From the NCBI RefSeq assembly GCF_009914755.1, contig NC_060931.1: DNA of 64,000 nucleotides; one strand, written 5' to 3'. Source of the stretch: the human T2T-CHM13v2.0 reference genome, Homo sapiens. The notes under the pieces were generated by a model, which was not told where the DNA came from, did not search any database, and saw only the letters and a program-made list of their open reading frames with translations. Below, in pieces: positions 24,621 to 51,700 of the stretch (its first letter is position 1; every line of letters begins with the position of its first letter). The position numbers were made by a program, and so were the translations under genes.

Positions 24621-26740
24621 TTGGACGCAGCTGCAAAGGCCAGAGCTGCAGGGCTGACACTGACCCCTAGGCCCACACAGGTGCCCTGGGCTGGAAAGCC
24701 CGGGGAAGGCCGGTCAGACCCTGTCTGCAGGTCAGCTGGGACCTGCGGCTCGGGCCACACTGCCGTGACCGGGGCCGGCGTGGAGCCAGGCACAGGCACT
24801 GATGCCACGAGGAAGCTGTGGTACAGGTGTCCGTGGACGGGGCCTCTCCCACCTGGCTTTGGGGTGGTATCTGACTGCCAGCAGGGTGGGAAGAGAAAGG
24901 CTTTCAGCAGCCCTGGGGGAATCCAGCTTATGTGAGCACAGAGGTCCCTGCAATGCTGTGACCCTCTCATCTGCAGAAGATCCTGACACAGCCTGCCCAG
25001 CACAGAGCCTGGAGGTCCCCACAGAGGTCCCCTCAGCCCTGGATGGCCCTGCACAGTCCCCGACACGGCCCCTCTCCTCTTCTAGGCGTGAACTCCCATC
25101 CCTCCAGCACTCACTCCCTGCCTTATTGCTCAGGGCAGCTCTCGAAGACTGTTTCTCCATCTGTAAGCTGGGGCTGATAGCACTGACCTCACAGGGCTTC
25201 TGTGAGGCTTGAACAAGAGGCAAGATGCAGTGCCTGGAGCAGAGAGAGGCACCATGGGGGCCCCAGGCAGGCGCCCTGGAGGGGCACACACGGGAGGCAC
25301 ACTGCGAACACGGACGCCTCAACACCCGCATCCCACTCGGTTGGCAGCAAGTGCGCCGTGGGTCCCACCACAGGCCTGGGTGCTGCACCAGGTGCGGGAC
25401 ATCGGAGGGGGAGAGGTGGGTGGGGTCACAGAGGGACTGGCACAGAGGGATGGGCACGGCTTCTGCCGAGGAAGTCCTGAGGCTGCTCTCCAACACCACG
25501 CAGCAAGCATGGGTGATCAAGGGCTCTCCCAGGCACCTGCGTGTAACCAGCGCCCTCTGGGGCCACCTGCGAGCTCAGCGCCGGGCTCAGCTTGTGCCTG
25601 AGGACACAAAACACCAAAGAGCTGTGCAGCACCAGCCTTCAAAAAACGCACCGTCCAACCGGGGAACGCAAAGAGCTTACTGCATCCACCTTAGATCATC
25701 AGACTTGCCTAAAAACCACGAAGGTGCAGGTCACCCCAGGAGGCCAGAGGGCAAGCTCCCGGCCTGCAAGGGGCGGCATGGAGCCGGCCACAGGCAGCAG
25801 GTGAATGGAGGAGAGCAGCTCAGAGCAGGGGCTGGCATCCGGTGCCACGTCCAACCGACCCGCCTGTAGCGCCATGCAGAGAGGATTCTGAGGACCAGAA
25901 GGAAAAGCAGGCTCATCGGAGCAGGAGGCCTTCGAGGGTGGGGCGGGGGGCTGCCCCGTCATGAGCACAGCCGTCCTGAACTGCTTGGGGATCGTGGACG
26001 TTCTCCGCTGCAGCAAGGAAACAGACAACTCCCAGAGCCGGCCCCCATCGCCACAGGAAGTCGCCCCAGCCCTGCGGAGCTGAGACCGTCCCGCATGGGA
26101 TGGGTCTGAGGGCCCCAGACTCACAGGCAACAGAAGAGAGGCAACGCCCACTCCCAAGTCCCTTCAACAAAACACCCACGCAGGAGGTGGCAGCTCTAGG
26201 TGCACAGTCGCAGCCTCCCACTGGCTGGAGGGCCTGTGAGTGGAGCCCAGCCGCAAGCGCAAGCGTATGGGGGGCGAAGGCCCGAGGCTCTTCCCACATC
26301 TGACAGGACAGAGCTAGGGCGGAGCTGCCTGCATCCGCCACACCTGAGAAAACCCAGCTTTAGCCTCTCGGTACCACAGCCTCACAGAGCACAGTGCACC
26401 CCTTCCCCCAACAGCTACCGCCTGTTCCCAAGCCCACTCGACTAAGCCCTTTGGAGCCTGTGACCCACTCAGCCCTCCTAAAATGGGGTACATCAGCAGG
26501 TGTCACATCCAGCTCACAGCACAAGGATGCTAAGATGTGGGGAAGCAGAGCCAAGGGGCTGAGCTGGAACATTCCAGCTGCCACCCAGGCTGCCCCCCTG
26601 GTTCCACCGCAGGCGAAGTCAAGATCCAAAGCAAAGTCGAGGACACAGTGACCGTGTTTTTAAAACCGCCATGAACCAGGGCGGACCACGACACCCAGAT
26701 GAGAGCCGTGAGGACAGCACTGAGAATAATCACTTAGGGC

Positions 26741-26746
26741 TTTATT
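26741..26746 (-). terminator. Intronic poly(A) signal for the alternative last exon
   Basis: TTTATT on + (AATAAA on -), ~600 nt past the alternative stop, in non-repeat AT-rich sequence. Confidence 0.6.
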
Positions 26747-26896
26747 TACTGACACAAGAGGACTCCACGGTGTAGTGTTACATTTTTAAAAATCAAATTA
26801 CAAAACAATATGAGAACCCTATCTCCAGTTCATTCTCCAGGGAAAGTTGGCAGCATTCACTGTTGGGAAACCTTCACTTAAAAATAGGTTGATGTT

Positions 26897-27756
<860 letters not shown>

Positions 27757-28396
27757 CTGCAGGGACACGAACACTCAGGGCGTTCATGTCCTGCTGCCCC
27801 CTTGGCCGGGCGCACGCCTCTCTCAGGAGCCCTGCTCACTCCAGCAGTCAGCCCGTCCTCCTGAGAGGTCTTGAAATGCGTCACTCCCCACATCGCCTAC
27901 CAAGCTCCAGCTCTCTCCAGGAATCGCCTCCTCCTAATTTGTGTTCAATTCTAGGTGCTCACCTGACTTCCTGCGCAGCAGCAGAGCATCAAACTCCAGG
28001 ATGCCCTGTCACGAGGGGAAGCGGAGATGCTAGCTAGCTAAGGGAAGAGGGGCCAGACTATGTGGGCCTTCCAGAAAGGGCCTGACAGCAGGTGGCGAGG
28101 GAGAGGGAGAAGGAAAGGTTCTCTGTTCAATCTACCGCCTTTACCCACAACTGCCCAAGTAAGCACTGCTTCTAGATCCAAACAACGGGCAGAGATGTGA
28201 AAAATCCAGAGTTAAAGATGGTTGCAGGCTGGGTGCGGTGGCTCATGCCTGTAATCCCAGCACTTTGGGAGGCCGAGGCAGGCGGATCACCTGAGGTCGG
28301 GAGTTCGAGACCAGCCTGACCAACATGGTGAAACCCTATCTTTACTAAAATACAAAATACATGCTGGTGGCGCAGGCCTGTAATCCCAGCTACTCA

Positions 28397-28561
<165 letters not shown>

Positions 28562-28774
28562 CTATCTAGAAAATTTACCATGTGGCTAGGGAATGCTCAA
28601 GGAGCAGAGGCTGGGCCGTGGGAGACCAAACCCCTTGCTTTCACCCTGTCACTGCCTGGTGCTCGTCAATTCCAAGAAACCACTGGTAGGCACTCGGTGA
28701 AGGCTGGGGACCAGGTCACGGGATGCTGGTGATTTCTGCAGCCCCTGAAGCTGTACGCAACCCACATCACTCAC

Positions 28775-28993
28775 CTGCGGAGAAGCGACTGCTGCAGGCT
28801 CTTGCAGGTGGCGAGGGACTCCCCGGTGAACAGGTGGCACATGACAACCTGCAGGCAGCGAGCCATGAAGGCCAGCACGGCATCGGGCTGGAGGGTGCCG
28901 CTGCGAGAGACCAGGCACAGGCGCTGCAGCGAGGGGCACTGGCTCAGCGCCTGGAAGAACTGGGCGTTGGCGCTGAAGTAGGGCTGCTCCAGC
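28775..28993 (-). CDS. FBXL18: FBXL18 coding exon 4
   Basis: Acceptor CTCTCTCCCCGCAG|G, donor AG|GTGAGT; 219 nt, phase 2-2; (R)LEQPYFSANAQFF...CPSLQRLCL...SLLR continues the exon-3 frame. Confidence 0.96.
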
Positions 28994-30065
28994 CTGCGGG
29001 GAGAGAGGGCAGCTGTGAGGTCCGAGGGAGGGGCTCGCAGGCCAGGCCAGCTGGGCGTCTGGAGGTGCTGCCAGTGGAAGCTTCCTGGCCTGGGGCCCAG
29101 CCCAGCTGTTCCCGCCACCTCCCACCAATACCACTATCCCTTGGAGTACTGGGTGCCGACTCAGGCCCCCAGGGTCCCCCTTGGAGATCTGATTTGGAGG
29201 CGACCCGGTGGGCCTGATGCAAGCAGCCAGCCAGTGTCTACAGAGCCCGGCTTCAAGTCACCAGCCGAGGCCATCAGCATCTGTGTCCGCAGCCTGCCTG
29301 GTGCACCCCAATGACCCCCAGGCACCCTATCTTCCTCAAACGCTGGTGTGCTGGGCAGCGGATGCAAAGAGGACCCCACACATGGCCCCTGCCCTTGGGA
29401 AGCTCAGCTGGACAGGGAGGCAGATAAGGACTGAACACCATGAGAGAGGGCGGTAATCCGGGAGGCTGGTGCGGGGGAGGGAGAGGGCGAGAATCTGGGA
29501 GGCAGGGGGTAAGGTGGGCAGGAACTTCAGCCAGATGGGGGCCACTTCAGCCACGACAGATGGGAGGACAGCGCTGGATGGCTGCAGGGCCAAAGGAGGA
29601 GGCCGAGGGGAGTGGGGCCAAGCTAAGAGGTTGGCAGCCAGGGCAGGGGGTAGGCCCAAGTCCGCACCAAGGCTACAGTGACAGAGACCAAGACGGGAGA
29701 ACCCAGGGGAAAGGGGAGGACTTGGGAAAGGGAAGTAGGGGACGACATTCTAGATCCTTCCTGGGGAGTCTGTCCATGCAGACAGAAAGCAGAAGGACAG
29801 GCCATGTCTCGAAGTACAGTGGCAGATGTGGGGATGTGGCGCTGCTGAGGACAGGCCCGGGGGGCCCTTGGAGAACCAGGCTGTGGGACTGGGCAAGACC
29901 TGGACTGTGGCAGGTTGTGGGGTGCAGCGAGCCCCTGAGATAAGAATCAAGAGGGAGCAGAGAGGCTGGAGGGGAACTCACGTGACTTCAGGGGCTGCCA
30001 GGAACTCCCGGGGTGGGGGGAGGAGCCGCTGGAGGGACGGGCTGAGGCGAATGGGGAGGGGCTAG

Positions 30066-30510
30066 TGTGGACTGAGCTGCGACGCCCCCCCACACACACA
30101 CTATGCAGGAGTCCTCACCTTGGGACCTGAGGGTGTGGCCTTATTTGGAGGCAGGTTTGTTGCGGATGCAAGGGAGTTAAGAGGAGGATGCATCCTGCAT
30201 GATGGGGACTCTAAATCTAATGACTGGTTCCTTATAAGGCCAGGTGAAGGCACAGAGATACCCAGACACAGACAGAAGGCGGCCAGGTCACAACAGAGGC
30301 AGAGACTGGGGCCACGTGTCCACCAGCCAAGCAGTGCCAGGCGTGGCTGGCAGGCGCCCGAGTTCCTCCTCACCATCCTCAGAAGGAATGAACCATCCCT
30401 GCCCATAGCCTGATTTGGGGCCTCTGGGCTCCAGAATCGTGAGACAATAAATGCCTGTTGCATGAAGCCACTCAGTTTGTGATCAATTGTCCTGGCAGCC
30501 CCAGGATCCT
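30066..30510 (+). mobile_element. MLT1-type solo LTR
   Basis: TG start, gtggccttatttgga, ctaaatctaatgactgg.tccttataag, gagacaataaat..ctgttg...aagccactcagtttgtg. Confidence 0.8.
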
Positions 30511-30594
30511 AGCACAGATGCTGAGGGCAGCCACAGCAGAAGGCGCCACAGGCATGGAGATTCTTCCCTAGTAGGTGACACAAAAAGACCAAGG

Positions 30595-32020
<1,426 letters not shown>

Positions 32021-32328
32021 ACATCCAAATTGTCTTTATTTTTCTATATTTGTTTTGTTAAGCTATTCAAATTGTTTTTATTTAAAGATAGTAATAAAAT
32101 GTTTTCATTAAGTATATTTTAAATACCACCTCTCCCTAAAAAAATCCTAAAGTAAACAACCCTTTGCAGACCGGAAGGTGGGAAACGGGAAGGGGTAAAA
32201 AAGACGGTGCAGGCGCCGCACCTGCTGAGCTGCAAAGTCACCTCTGGATTTCTCTCCAAAGCAAAAGCAGGAGGCTCCAGACAGCAGGAGATGGAAACGG
32301 GGCGTTGGGCAAGGACGGTGCCGTCGTG

Positions 32329-32347
32329 TGGTCACTAGGTGGCGATG
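32329..32347 (+). promoter_or_regulatory. CTCF motif (forward orientation)
   Basis: TGGTCACTAGGTGGCGATG, within a CpG-retaining unique patch (32150-32500) with nearby ETS-like sites. Confidence 0.6.
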
Positions 32348-33362
32348 CGGCTCCGTGCTACCCGCCCCAGATCGCCCCGAGCCTCTGGGGTTAAAAACCA
32401 AGTCTGCAGAGCGTGGAAAAAAAACCTTTTTTCCACGAGATAACCACATCCACATTCTTCCGCCCCGGAGGAAGTCACCTGTCACAGGTGTTCAGGATGT
32501 GGCAGGCCCATGGGAGTGACTGGTCAGGCAGCGGGCCTGGCACGTCTAAAGCTTCCTAGGCTCCCACAGCACGCCGCCTGGGGCACGGCACCCAGGACGG
32601 TGGCAGAGCTGACCTGACTCGAGTGACCGGCAGCGTCTGCAGGGAGGATGGGGACGAGGAAAAGGCTCCCACTGCGCCGGGCCTCACCTTTGAGTGAGGA
32701 TCCAGCCTCCCCATTCTGCTCCCTGAGGGGGCACCTGGGTCTCCTGGTGACTCTGTGGGCATGAAAGGTGCTGAGCTCACAGTGCGGGGGCTCCCATCTG
32801 GCCACCCACTGCACGGGCCGTGAGAGCAGCACCCAGGCCTCCGAGGTGTCCCTAGGGTGGCTCCGGGGCCTGGCTCTGAAAAGGATGGCCCGCTTCTGCC
32901 CAGACGCTGCCCTGGTCACGCTCACAGCAGCCCGGGTGACTCAGGGTGACACGCTCCCCCGCCCTCCACCGCAAGCAGGGCTTAGCTGGTCTAGGGAAAG
33001 AAGGTGTCTTTTCTGCCCAATTTGTAATCCCCTTACTACTGAGGTGTGTCCAAGTCCCAGCCAGAGCGACTCCTTCCTGCACCACCCCCTCCCTGCCAGG
33101 AGCCCCAGCAAGCACAAAGCTGGGGGTCACGGTGTGGGGGCTGCCAGTGGCAGCAGGTGGCTGGCGTGGGATTCCAAGCTCTGCCACCAAAGAGACTCCG
33201 GCCGCCCCAGGATGCGGCCTCGGAGCATCGTGCCAGCCTCCAGGGATCCCAGCGCCGTTTCCTCTGCACAGCTCCTGCCCACGGGCAAGCGAGTGCCACC
33301 TGCTCCTTCCACTGCAGCGTCCGGGCTCCCTTGCCGCAGAAGGCAGGAATCCAGAGGAACGG

Positions 33363-33461
33363 GGCCAGCTGGCAGCGTCTGGGAACCGGCATTTGTTCTG
33401 AACAGGCAGTACCCAGCTCAGAGCAGACGTGGTTCTCAGGGGCTGCTGGGCACAGGCTGGA
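33363..33461 (-). ncRNA. MIR589: pre-miR-589 hairpin in FBXL18 intron 3 (5p 33417-33438; 3p 33378-33401)
   Basis: The reverse complement contains UGAGAACCACGUCUGCUCUGAG and UCAGAACAAAUGCCGGUUCCCAGA, recognised as miR-589-5p and -3p. The arms are complementary and on the same strand as the host. Confidence 0.95.
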
Positions 33462-34149
33462 GTTTGTCCACAGAGATGGCATTATGAGCAGGGTCGGTCT
33501 CTCAGGCTGGCCCACAAAACCCACAAAACCCACAGAACCCGCAGGCCTCTCCGCGCCTTCTCCATGGCCCTGCTCCTGAGGAAGGCCCTTGGCCACGGGG
33601 ATTCCGTCCCAGACTCCGGAGGCCATCGGGGACCATGAAATCACGCTGACCTCGGGAGGCCGGAGACAAGCAGCCATGTGACCTAGGCAAGTTCATGCAC
33701 TCTCTGGGCCTTACTTTCTTCATCCATTAAGTGGGTACAACTGTGTCGACACTCAGAGGTTGTTGAGAATATCAAAGGGGTCAAGACCTGTACACCCATG
33801 AAAAGCACCTGGCAGAGGTCACATGAGCCCAAAGGTCCCCTCCACCCGCGGTGGCTGCCGTCACCTCTGCCTCTTGCTTCCGGAACACCCCCTCCCTCCG
33901 GCCAGTGCCTCCCTTGCTGACAGCCTCTGCTCGGTCTCCCTTCCACATTCTTCTTCCTCTTCCTGGCCAATCCTTGTCACGTGTGCCCCAGCCCAATCCG
34001 TGGGCTCACCTGGATCCATAGGTGGCTAAAGGCTAAAGGCCACCTATGAGCTGAGGACGCCAAAGCAACTCTCCCAGGCCAGACCTCAGCCTGGACTCAG
34101 GGCTTGGCTTAGGCCCATCAACTAGGAGGCCACACTTAACAGACTCTCC

Positions 34150-37625
<3,476 letters not shown>

Positions 37626-37799
37626 GGAATTGCATTGCAAAGTCAGGTCAGAAAGGCCTGGGTTTGAATCCTGCCTCCTCCACCTACTGGCTCTGCTGAG
37701 TGGCAACAATGATGCACCTGGCAGGGTCCTGAGACGATTACACAGGATGACTCATAGTAGGGCCAGGCAGTCACTCAAACACTATCAGGAATAAAGACA

Positions 37800-39600
37800 C
37801 TAAGCTCAGACATCCGCCTCCTGCACCCCCAGCTCCTCTAGATGCCGCTCTCCCCAGAGCCCCGAGACCGACGTGGCACGCTGCGAGGCCCCGCCCCAGC
37901 CTCTGCACTCCTGGAGGGCAGGCCAGCCACCGAACTCCACGCGAACGCCCCAGTTCCCTCCGCCAGCTTCCAGCAGAGGCCCGAGAGGTCCCCGCGGCCC
38001 CCTCACCTGAGGTCCCTCAGCCGCTTGCAGTGCTTCAACATGTCTGAGAGCGCGGGCATGTACACCACCTTCCCCATCATGCCCAGGTTGGCCAGCGACA
38101 GGGACCGCAACTGCTGGCACTGCAGGCCGATATTGACCAGCCCGGAGCCCGTAAGGACGCTGGGCAGCTGTGCGAGCGTCAGGTGCCGCAGGAAGGCCAG
38201 CTGGCCGATGGCGGCCACCTCCGAGTCCCCGACACTCTGTGCGCGGCTGCAGGGTGGGAGCGAGTTGCGGATGGCGGGCTCGTTGCGGGGCATGGCGGAG
38301 GAGAAGTTGGACCCAATCAGCTCGAGGTGTTCCAGGAAGGGCAGGTTCTTCAGCAGAGACCAGAACACGGAGGAGGGCTGGGGGCACGCCTGGCCCGAGA
38401 AGGGGCTGGGACAGGACTGCACGCCCACACGCACTTTCTTGCCAAAGCCGCGCGGCACTGCGTGCATGGCCGGCTGGGCGGGCGCGCGGTCGGCGCGCGG
38501 CGCGGAGTCAGCGACAGAGCAGACAGGCAGGGAGAGGGAGCGCAGGTGACGCAGCCGGGCCAGGAGCTGGCAGAGGTGGCGGCCCAGGCCCTCCGAGCTG
38601 TGGTGGTGGGCGGCCGAGAGGTTCAGGTGGCGCAGGTTGCAGCAGGACGCCACCAGCGTCTCCAGGATGCTGCTGTCGATGTCGTCCTCCGCCTTGCGGA
38701 GCAGCGAGTCTGGGGACAGGCAGTGGACGCAGCCGCTGAGGTTCAAGCTGGCCAGGCTCCGCAGGTCCTTCCCGCCGTTGATGACCTGCTGGATCAGATG
38801 GCCGCCTGACAGGGTACAGCGGCTGAAACTGAAGTAGAACGGGTTGTTGAATTTCATGTGCTGCAGGAGGGAAGAGCCGTTCAGCCAGGACTTGGGCAGC
38901 TGCAGGGCATCCAGCACGACATTGCGCGCCATGGAGTCCAGGAGGTTCTTGGTGGCGCCGCTCTCCGCGAAGCTGCCAGGGACGGAGATGAGGAAGGCGT
39001 GGAGGTTCTGAGGAGTGCGGTCGCTAAGCACAGCCAGGTAGAGCCGCACCACCTCCTGGTTGATGTAGCCGGGGGCCAGGCGCGCATAGAAGACCCGCAG
39101 GTTCTGGTAGTGCGGCACGTTGCTCTGGCCCACCATAAGCTGGCCCGAGAGGATGGCGCCCTCGCGCGTGCGGTCCAGAATCTCGAAGTAGAGCAGCAGC
39201 TTCTCTAGGCTGGTGCAGCAGGGCACCACGCCGTAGGAGGGAGTGAACAGCGTCTGCTTGAGCTCCCGCACGCGGCTCAGGGTGGCCTTGCACTCGCTGC
39301 TCAGCTGGCTGGCGTCGAAGCCGGGGCTCACGTCGATGGCCAGCGAGCGCAGGTGCTGCAGGGCCGAGAGCATCTTGGAGAGGCGCAGGGAAGTGAGGTG
39401 GCAGCCCGAGAGGTTCACCTTCACCAGGCTGCGGCAGCGGGCCACGTGTTCCACGGTGGAGCCAGGCAGCCAGTAGCAGCCAGCCATGCTCAGCTGCTGG
39501 ATCTCCCGGCCGATCTCCTTCACCAGCTGCCTCACTTTGTCCTCACTCGCCTGCGGGACAGAGGCAGGGTGGGGAGAGGAAGGAAAGGGCTGAAGGCACC
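37800..39600. other. Intragenic CpG-rich region over exon 3
   Basis: Very high GC and CpG density (e.g. gcgggcgcgcggtcggcgcgcggcgcgg at ~38480) that extends ~200 bp into intron 3. Confidence 0.7.
38007..39550 (-). CDS. FBXL18: FBXL18 coding exon 3, leucine-rich repeats (1544 nt)
   Basis: Lies within the 536-aa ORF 38003-39613; acceptor CCCGCAG|GCG, donor AG|GTGAGG; many LxxLxLxxC repeats (LVKVNLSGC, LASLNLSGC, LRHLNLSA, LEHLELIG). Confidence 0.98.
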
Positions 39601-39769
39601 TACGGGTCTCCAACCCTCAGTGCGCACACTCCCCCTTGCAGCAGCTGCTCCACCGGGAGGGAAGCTCCCCACCTCTCCCTGCCTACCTGCCCGCACTCTG
39701 ACCTGGAGCCAAGAGTCCCCAGCTAAGTGGGACTGGTAGAGGGGTGCAGCCACGGTAGAAAACGGTTTG

Positions 39770-42650
<2,881 letters not shown>

Positions 42651-42929
42651 AGCACATCTCCAACCCCTCTCCCCCACTCCCAAGGCCCTAGGTTCCCTCC
42701 CAGAACCATGTCCACATACATCTGCACCCTCCTCCCCAGGCAGCACACCACCCATGCTTTTCTGCCCCTTGCTTCTGTCCCTCAATGCATCCTGCAGACG
42801 GCGCCAGTCAGGACTTGGAGTTCCTGCCACCTTTATATCAGCACACAGGGTTCCACTGCAGGGCTGTGCCCAGTCCTCAAAGACTGAGATCTAGCTTGTT
42901 TCTCATCTCCTGCCCCCACGCCTGCTCAC

Positions 42930-43148
42930 CTGATAGTCCTTTTGCAGCAACACGGTGTGGATGAGGCTCTTGTCAAGGCACAGGGCTGCAAGCTTCCGAC
43001 AGGTACGCCGGACGTTCAGAATCAGATCTGTGCTGGGGACGTGACTCAGGATGTGAAGGAGGATCTCATCAGAGAACCCTAGGAGGTGGACCCCGTCTGC
43101 CATCCCGGCTGCTGCAGGGTGCATGTCATCATCATCATTGGATATGTC
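42930..43148 (-). CDS. FBXL18: FBXL18 coding exon 2, F-box domain (73 aa)
   Basis: Acceptor TTTTCAG|GAC and donor CAG|GTGAGC; encodes LLGFSDEILLHILSHVPSTDLILNVRRTCRKL, an F-box motif; 219 nt, phase 0-0. Confidence 0.97.
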
Positions 43149-43355
43149 CTGAAAATAAGGGGGACACCATTCCCACAGGATCCCCAAGGATGGCTGTCAG
43201 CCTAGCCTGCAGCTAGGCAGAGAAGCAAAGAGAAGCCCTTATCCATGGGAAAGAAGGTGTTTTTACTAAAACTCTCAACTGAATGACAAAGAATTCACGA
43301 AATCCTTCAAAACTCCATTATAGAGCTGTAAGCCAGGGTCTCCCTTCAAAAATGA

Positions 43356-50150
<6,795 letters not shown>

Positions 50151-50879
50151 CAGAGGGGGCTTTAAGCTGTAATTCTGTAAGACCAAGGTACCAGGACCCC
50201 CCTTCTTCCCTGACCCCAAGCACACACAGCTAACTGGAATCTTCATTTCAATCTTATCAATCTGCAGTTGAGCCACACACCGTTCCTTGTCAATCAAGAA
50301 GCCACTGGGGTCATTTCTAGGCCGCATTCACTTCAAATGTAGAAGGGCGGTGAGCACAGCGACCCCCAGCCATCTCCAGAGACCCTGCCCCATCACTCTG
50401 AGGAAGACACTTGAGCCTCTCACTCTTGCTCCCTAGAACCCAGGCAAGCTCCTAAATCTGCGAAGTGCACCCAACGATCTGAGACCTGAAAGGTGACAGA
50501 TACCAACCCAGGTGCCCATACAGATAGGCAGGAAGCATCAACGGGAAGCCACTAGTCAGAGTCTAGAGTCCCCGCTGCACCCCTTTCTGCAGAGACAATA
50601 CTTTGCACCACATTACAGGGACGCGGCGGGCTTCTCCATCGGACCCAGATTTGGGGAGTGTTGGGAAAGAATTCCAGGGTACGTCGTAAGTCCCTCAGGT
50701 GAAATGGCTTTTCCTCCATCACCCACCCCCCACGTCATTCAGCAAGCAGGCTCCAGGGAGAAGTGGGCTGGGGCTGAAACTGAGCATCCAGAGATAGAAG
50801 ATGGAGTGGGACGTGGGCACGGAGGGGGAATGTCCCAGGGCTGCAGGGGCCCAGCCAAGGAACCGGGGCACTGAGAAAG

Positions 50880-51700
50880 GGGTCTCGGAGGAGCCTGGAC
50901 CCTCAGGGGACGGAGAGACGGGGACAACTCTGGCGATCAGGAATGCACGAGCGAAGGGGGAGACAGCTTGTGCCTTCCGAGACAGGGTAGGAGTCTTGGG
51001 GACAGGATGCGGGAAGGACGGGAGCAGGGGCAAGGCCAGGGTCAGGATGGGAAGGACGGGGCGGGGTAGGGGTCGGGATAGAAAGGATGCAAGGGAACCC
51101 GGGTCGGGATGGAAGAACCCAGGGAGACCGAGGCCGCCGAGGCAGAAGCAGAGCGGAGACAGTCGCGGACAGTACCTCTCCGGAGCTGGCCATGTCGCCG
51201 GCGGGTCCGAACCGCGGCCGCGGGATCCGCAACCCCGTGCCTCCCACCTGCCCGGCTAGGGATGCTCGAAGCCGGCGCGTCCACCGCTCAACCGAGACCC
51301 CGGCAAGGAGCGGGCTCTCGTCACTTCCGGCGCCCGCCTACACGCACTTCCGTTCGTCCGCAGGCGGGCCCTAGGCGGCCGCCATGTTGAATGTGGCTCC
51401 GCCCGGGGAGCTGCTGGAGTACGAGGGAGCCAAGAAGGGCTCCAAGGACCTCTGCCTCTTCTCTGAGCTCGTTCTTAGGCCCCTCTGCCGTCTGCACGCT
51501 CCTTTCCAGCCACCCGGCCTCCCGATGCCGGCCTAGCACGTTCCTCGCGCCAGGCTTTTGCATCTGCCCTTCCCACTGTCTTTCGTGTGCAAACGCCACA
51601 GGTCCTGCGCACCGCACCCCTCATGGAATAGCGTCGCCTCCTCTCTACCTTCACACACGCCCCGAAACTTGCCTCTCATCCTGTGTCTCTATAGATTTTT
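50880..51700. promoter_or_regulatory. CpG-island promoter of FBXL18, probably bidirectional
   Basis: Dense CpG around exon 1; ETS/GABPA-type CACTTCCG at 51322 and 51345; YY1-type GGCGGCCGCCATGTTG at ~51374-51389; GC box CTCCGCCC at 51397; no TATA box seen. Confidence 0.88.
51176..51193 (-). CDS. FBXL18: FBXL18 coding exon 1 (MASSGE)
   Basis: ATG at 51193 in good context (GACATGG) inside a CpG island; donor GAG|GTACTG at 51176/51175; phase 0, in frame with exon 2. Confidence 0.93.

Noticed and set aside
24506-26157. Overlapping 150-262 aa ORFs in intron 4
   Set aside because: GC-rich, low-complexity P/G/R/S/A products on both strands with no recognisable domain, as expected by chance.
26477-26486. 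Isolated CArG box CCTAAAATGG
   Set aside because: A single match of this motif is expected a few times by chance in 64 kb, and the context resembles a MIR remnant.
32768-33677. 239- and 213-aa ORFs spanning MIR589 as a miRNA-encoded peptide
   Set aside because: The starts are non-ATG or unsupported, the intron is GC-rich, and there is no coding signature.
37842-39739. Long plus-strand and alternative-frame ORFs over exon 3 (235, 208, 193 and 189 aa)
   Set aside because: They are shadows of a GC3-rich coding exon, which has few stops in other frames, and show no domain or splice support.
51194-51385. Upstream in-frame ATG with strong Kozak context (51385) as an N-terminal extension of FBXL18
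   Set aside because: It reads MAAA then TAG, with a second in-frame TAG at 51340-51338. The ATG is explained by the YY1 motif and is probably upstream of the main start sites.
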